Below are positions 63,963 through 64,000 of a DNA stretch of 64,000 nucleotides, piece by piece. Source of the stretch: Planctomycetota bacterium. Its GTDB lineage: Bacteria; Planctomycetota; UBA8108; SXIK01. The notes beneath the pieces are model-generated. The model worked only from the letters and a program-made list of their open reading frames with translations. It searched no databases and was not told the origin of the DNA. A program made the translations under genes and the position numbers. Numbering within the stretch: the stretch's first letter is position 1; each line of letters opens with the position of its first letter. The stretch covers positions 3,104,001 to 3,168,000 of the forward strand of contig CBDCXR010000004.1 of the NCBI GenBank assembly GCA_965223845.1. Direction: 5' to 3'.

Positions 63963-64000
63963 ACGGAGTGTTCACACGAAGAGCGCGAAGGACCGCGAAG

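Noticed and set aside
1-64000. Very frequent TCGA and CGATCG words
   Set aside because: Plausibly explained by codon usage (CTC/ATC/GTC followed by GAN); enrichment cannot be shown without a codon-aware count.

Overview
GC-rich bacterial DNA with a strong Planctomycetota signature (two DUF1501 genes, a PSD1/DUF1553 cytochrome-c protein, an ECF sigma-Ser/Thr kinase pair, a membrane-anchored ECF fusion); this taxonomic call is inferred from gene content only. I can support 27 protein-coding genes, one of them (minus strand, 1-2851, running off the left edge) missing from the ORF track. I saw no rRNA, tRNA, CRISPR array or mobile element. The left 25 kb holds mostly secreted or periplasmic enzymes plus rsgA. 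The most striking feature is a ~28 kb block (29498-57374) of six consecutive large secreted proteins, all ending in a Cys-containing dockerin-like module of two subtypes: one IPT/PKD surface protein, three lamin-tail/CotH-kinase proteins and two Cys-rich malectin-like repeat proteins. None has a glycoside hydrolase domain I can recognise, and I found no cohesin in the window. The block is flanked by the ECF/kinase pair on one side and by a phosphate module (Na+/Pi cotransporter, PhoR-like kinase without adjacent phoB, PhoD) on the other. All domain calls are by eye from motifs; no searches were run.
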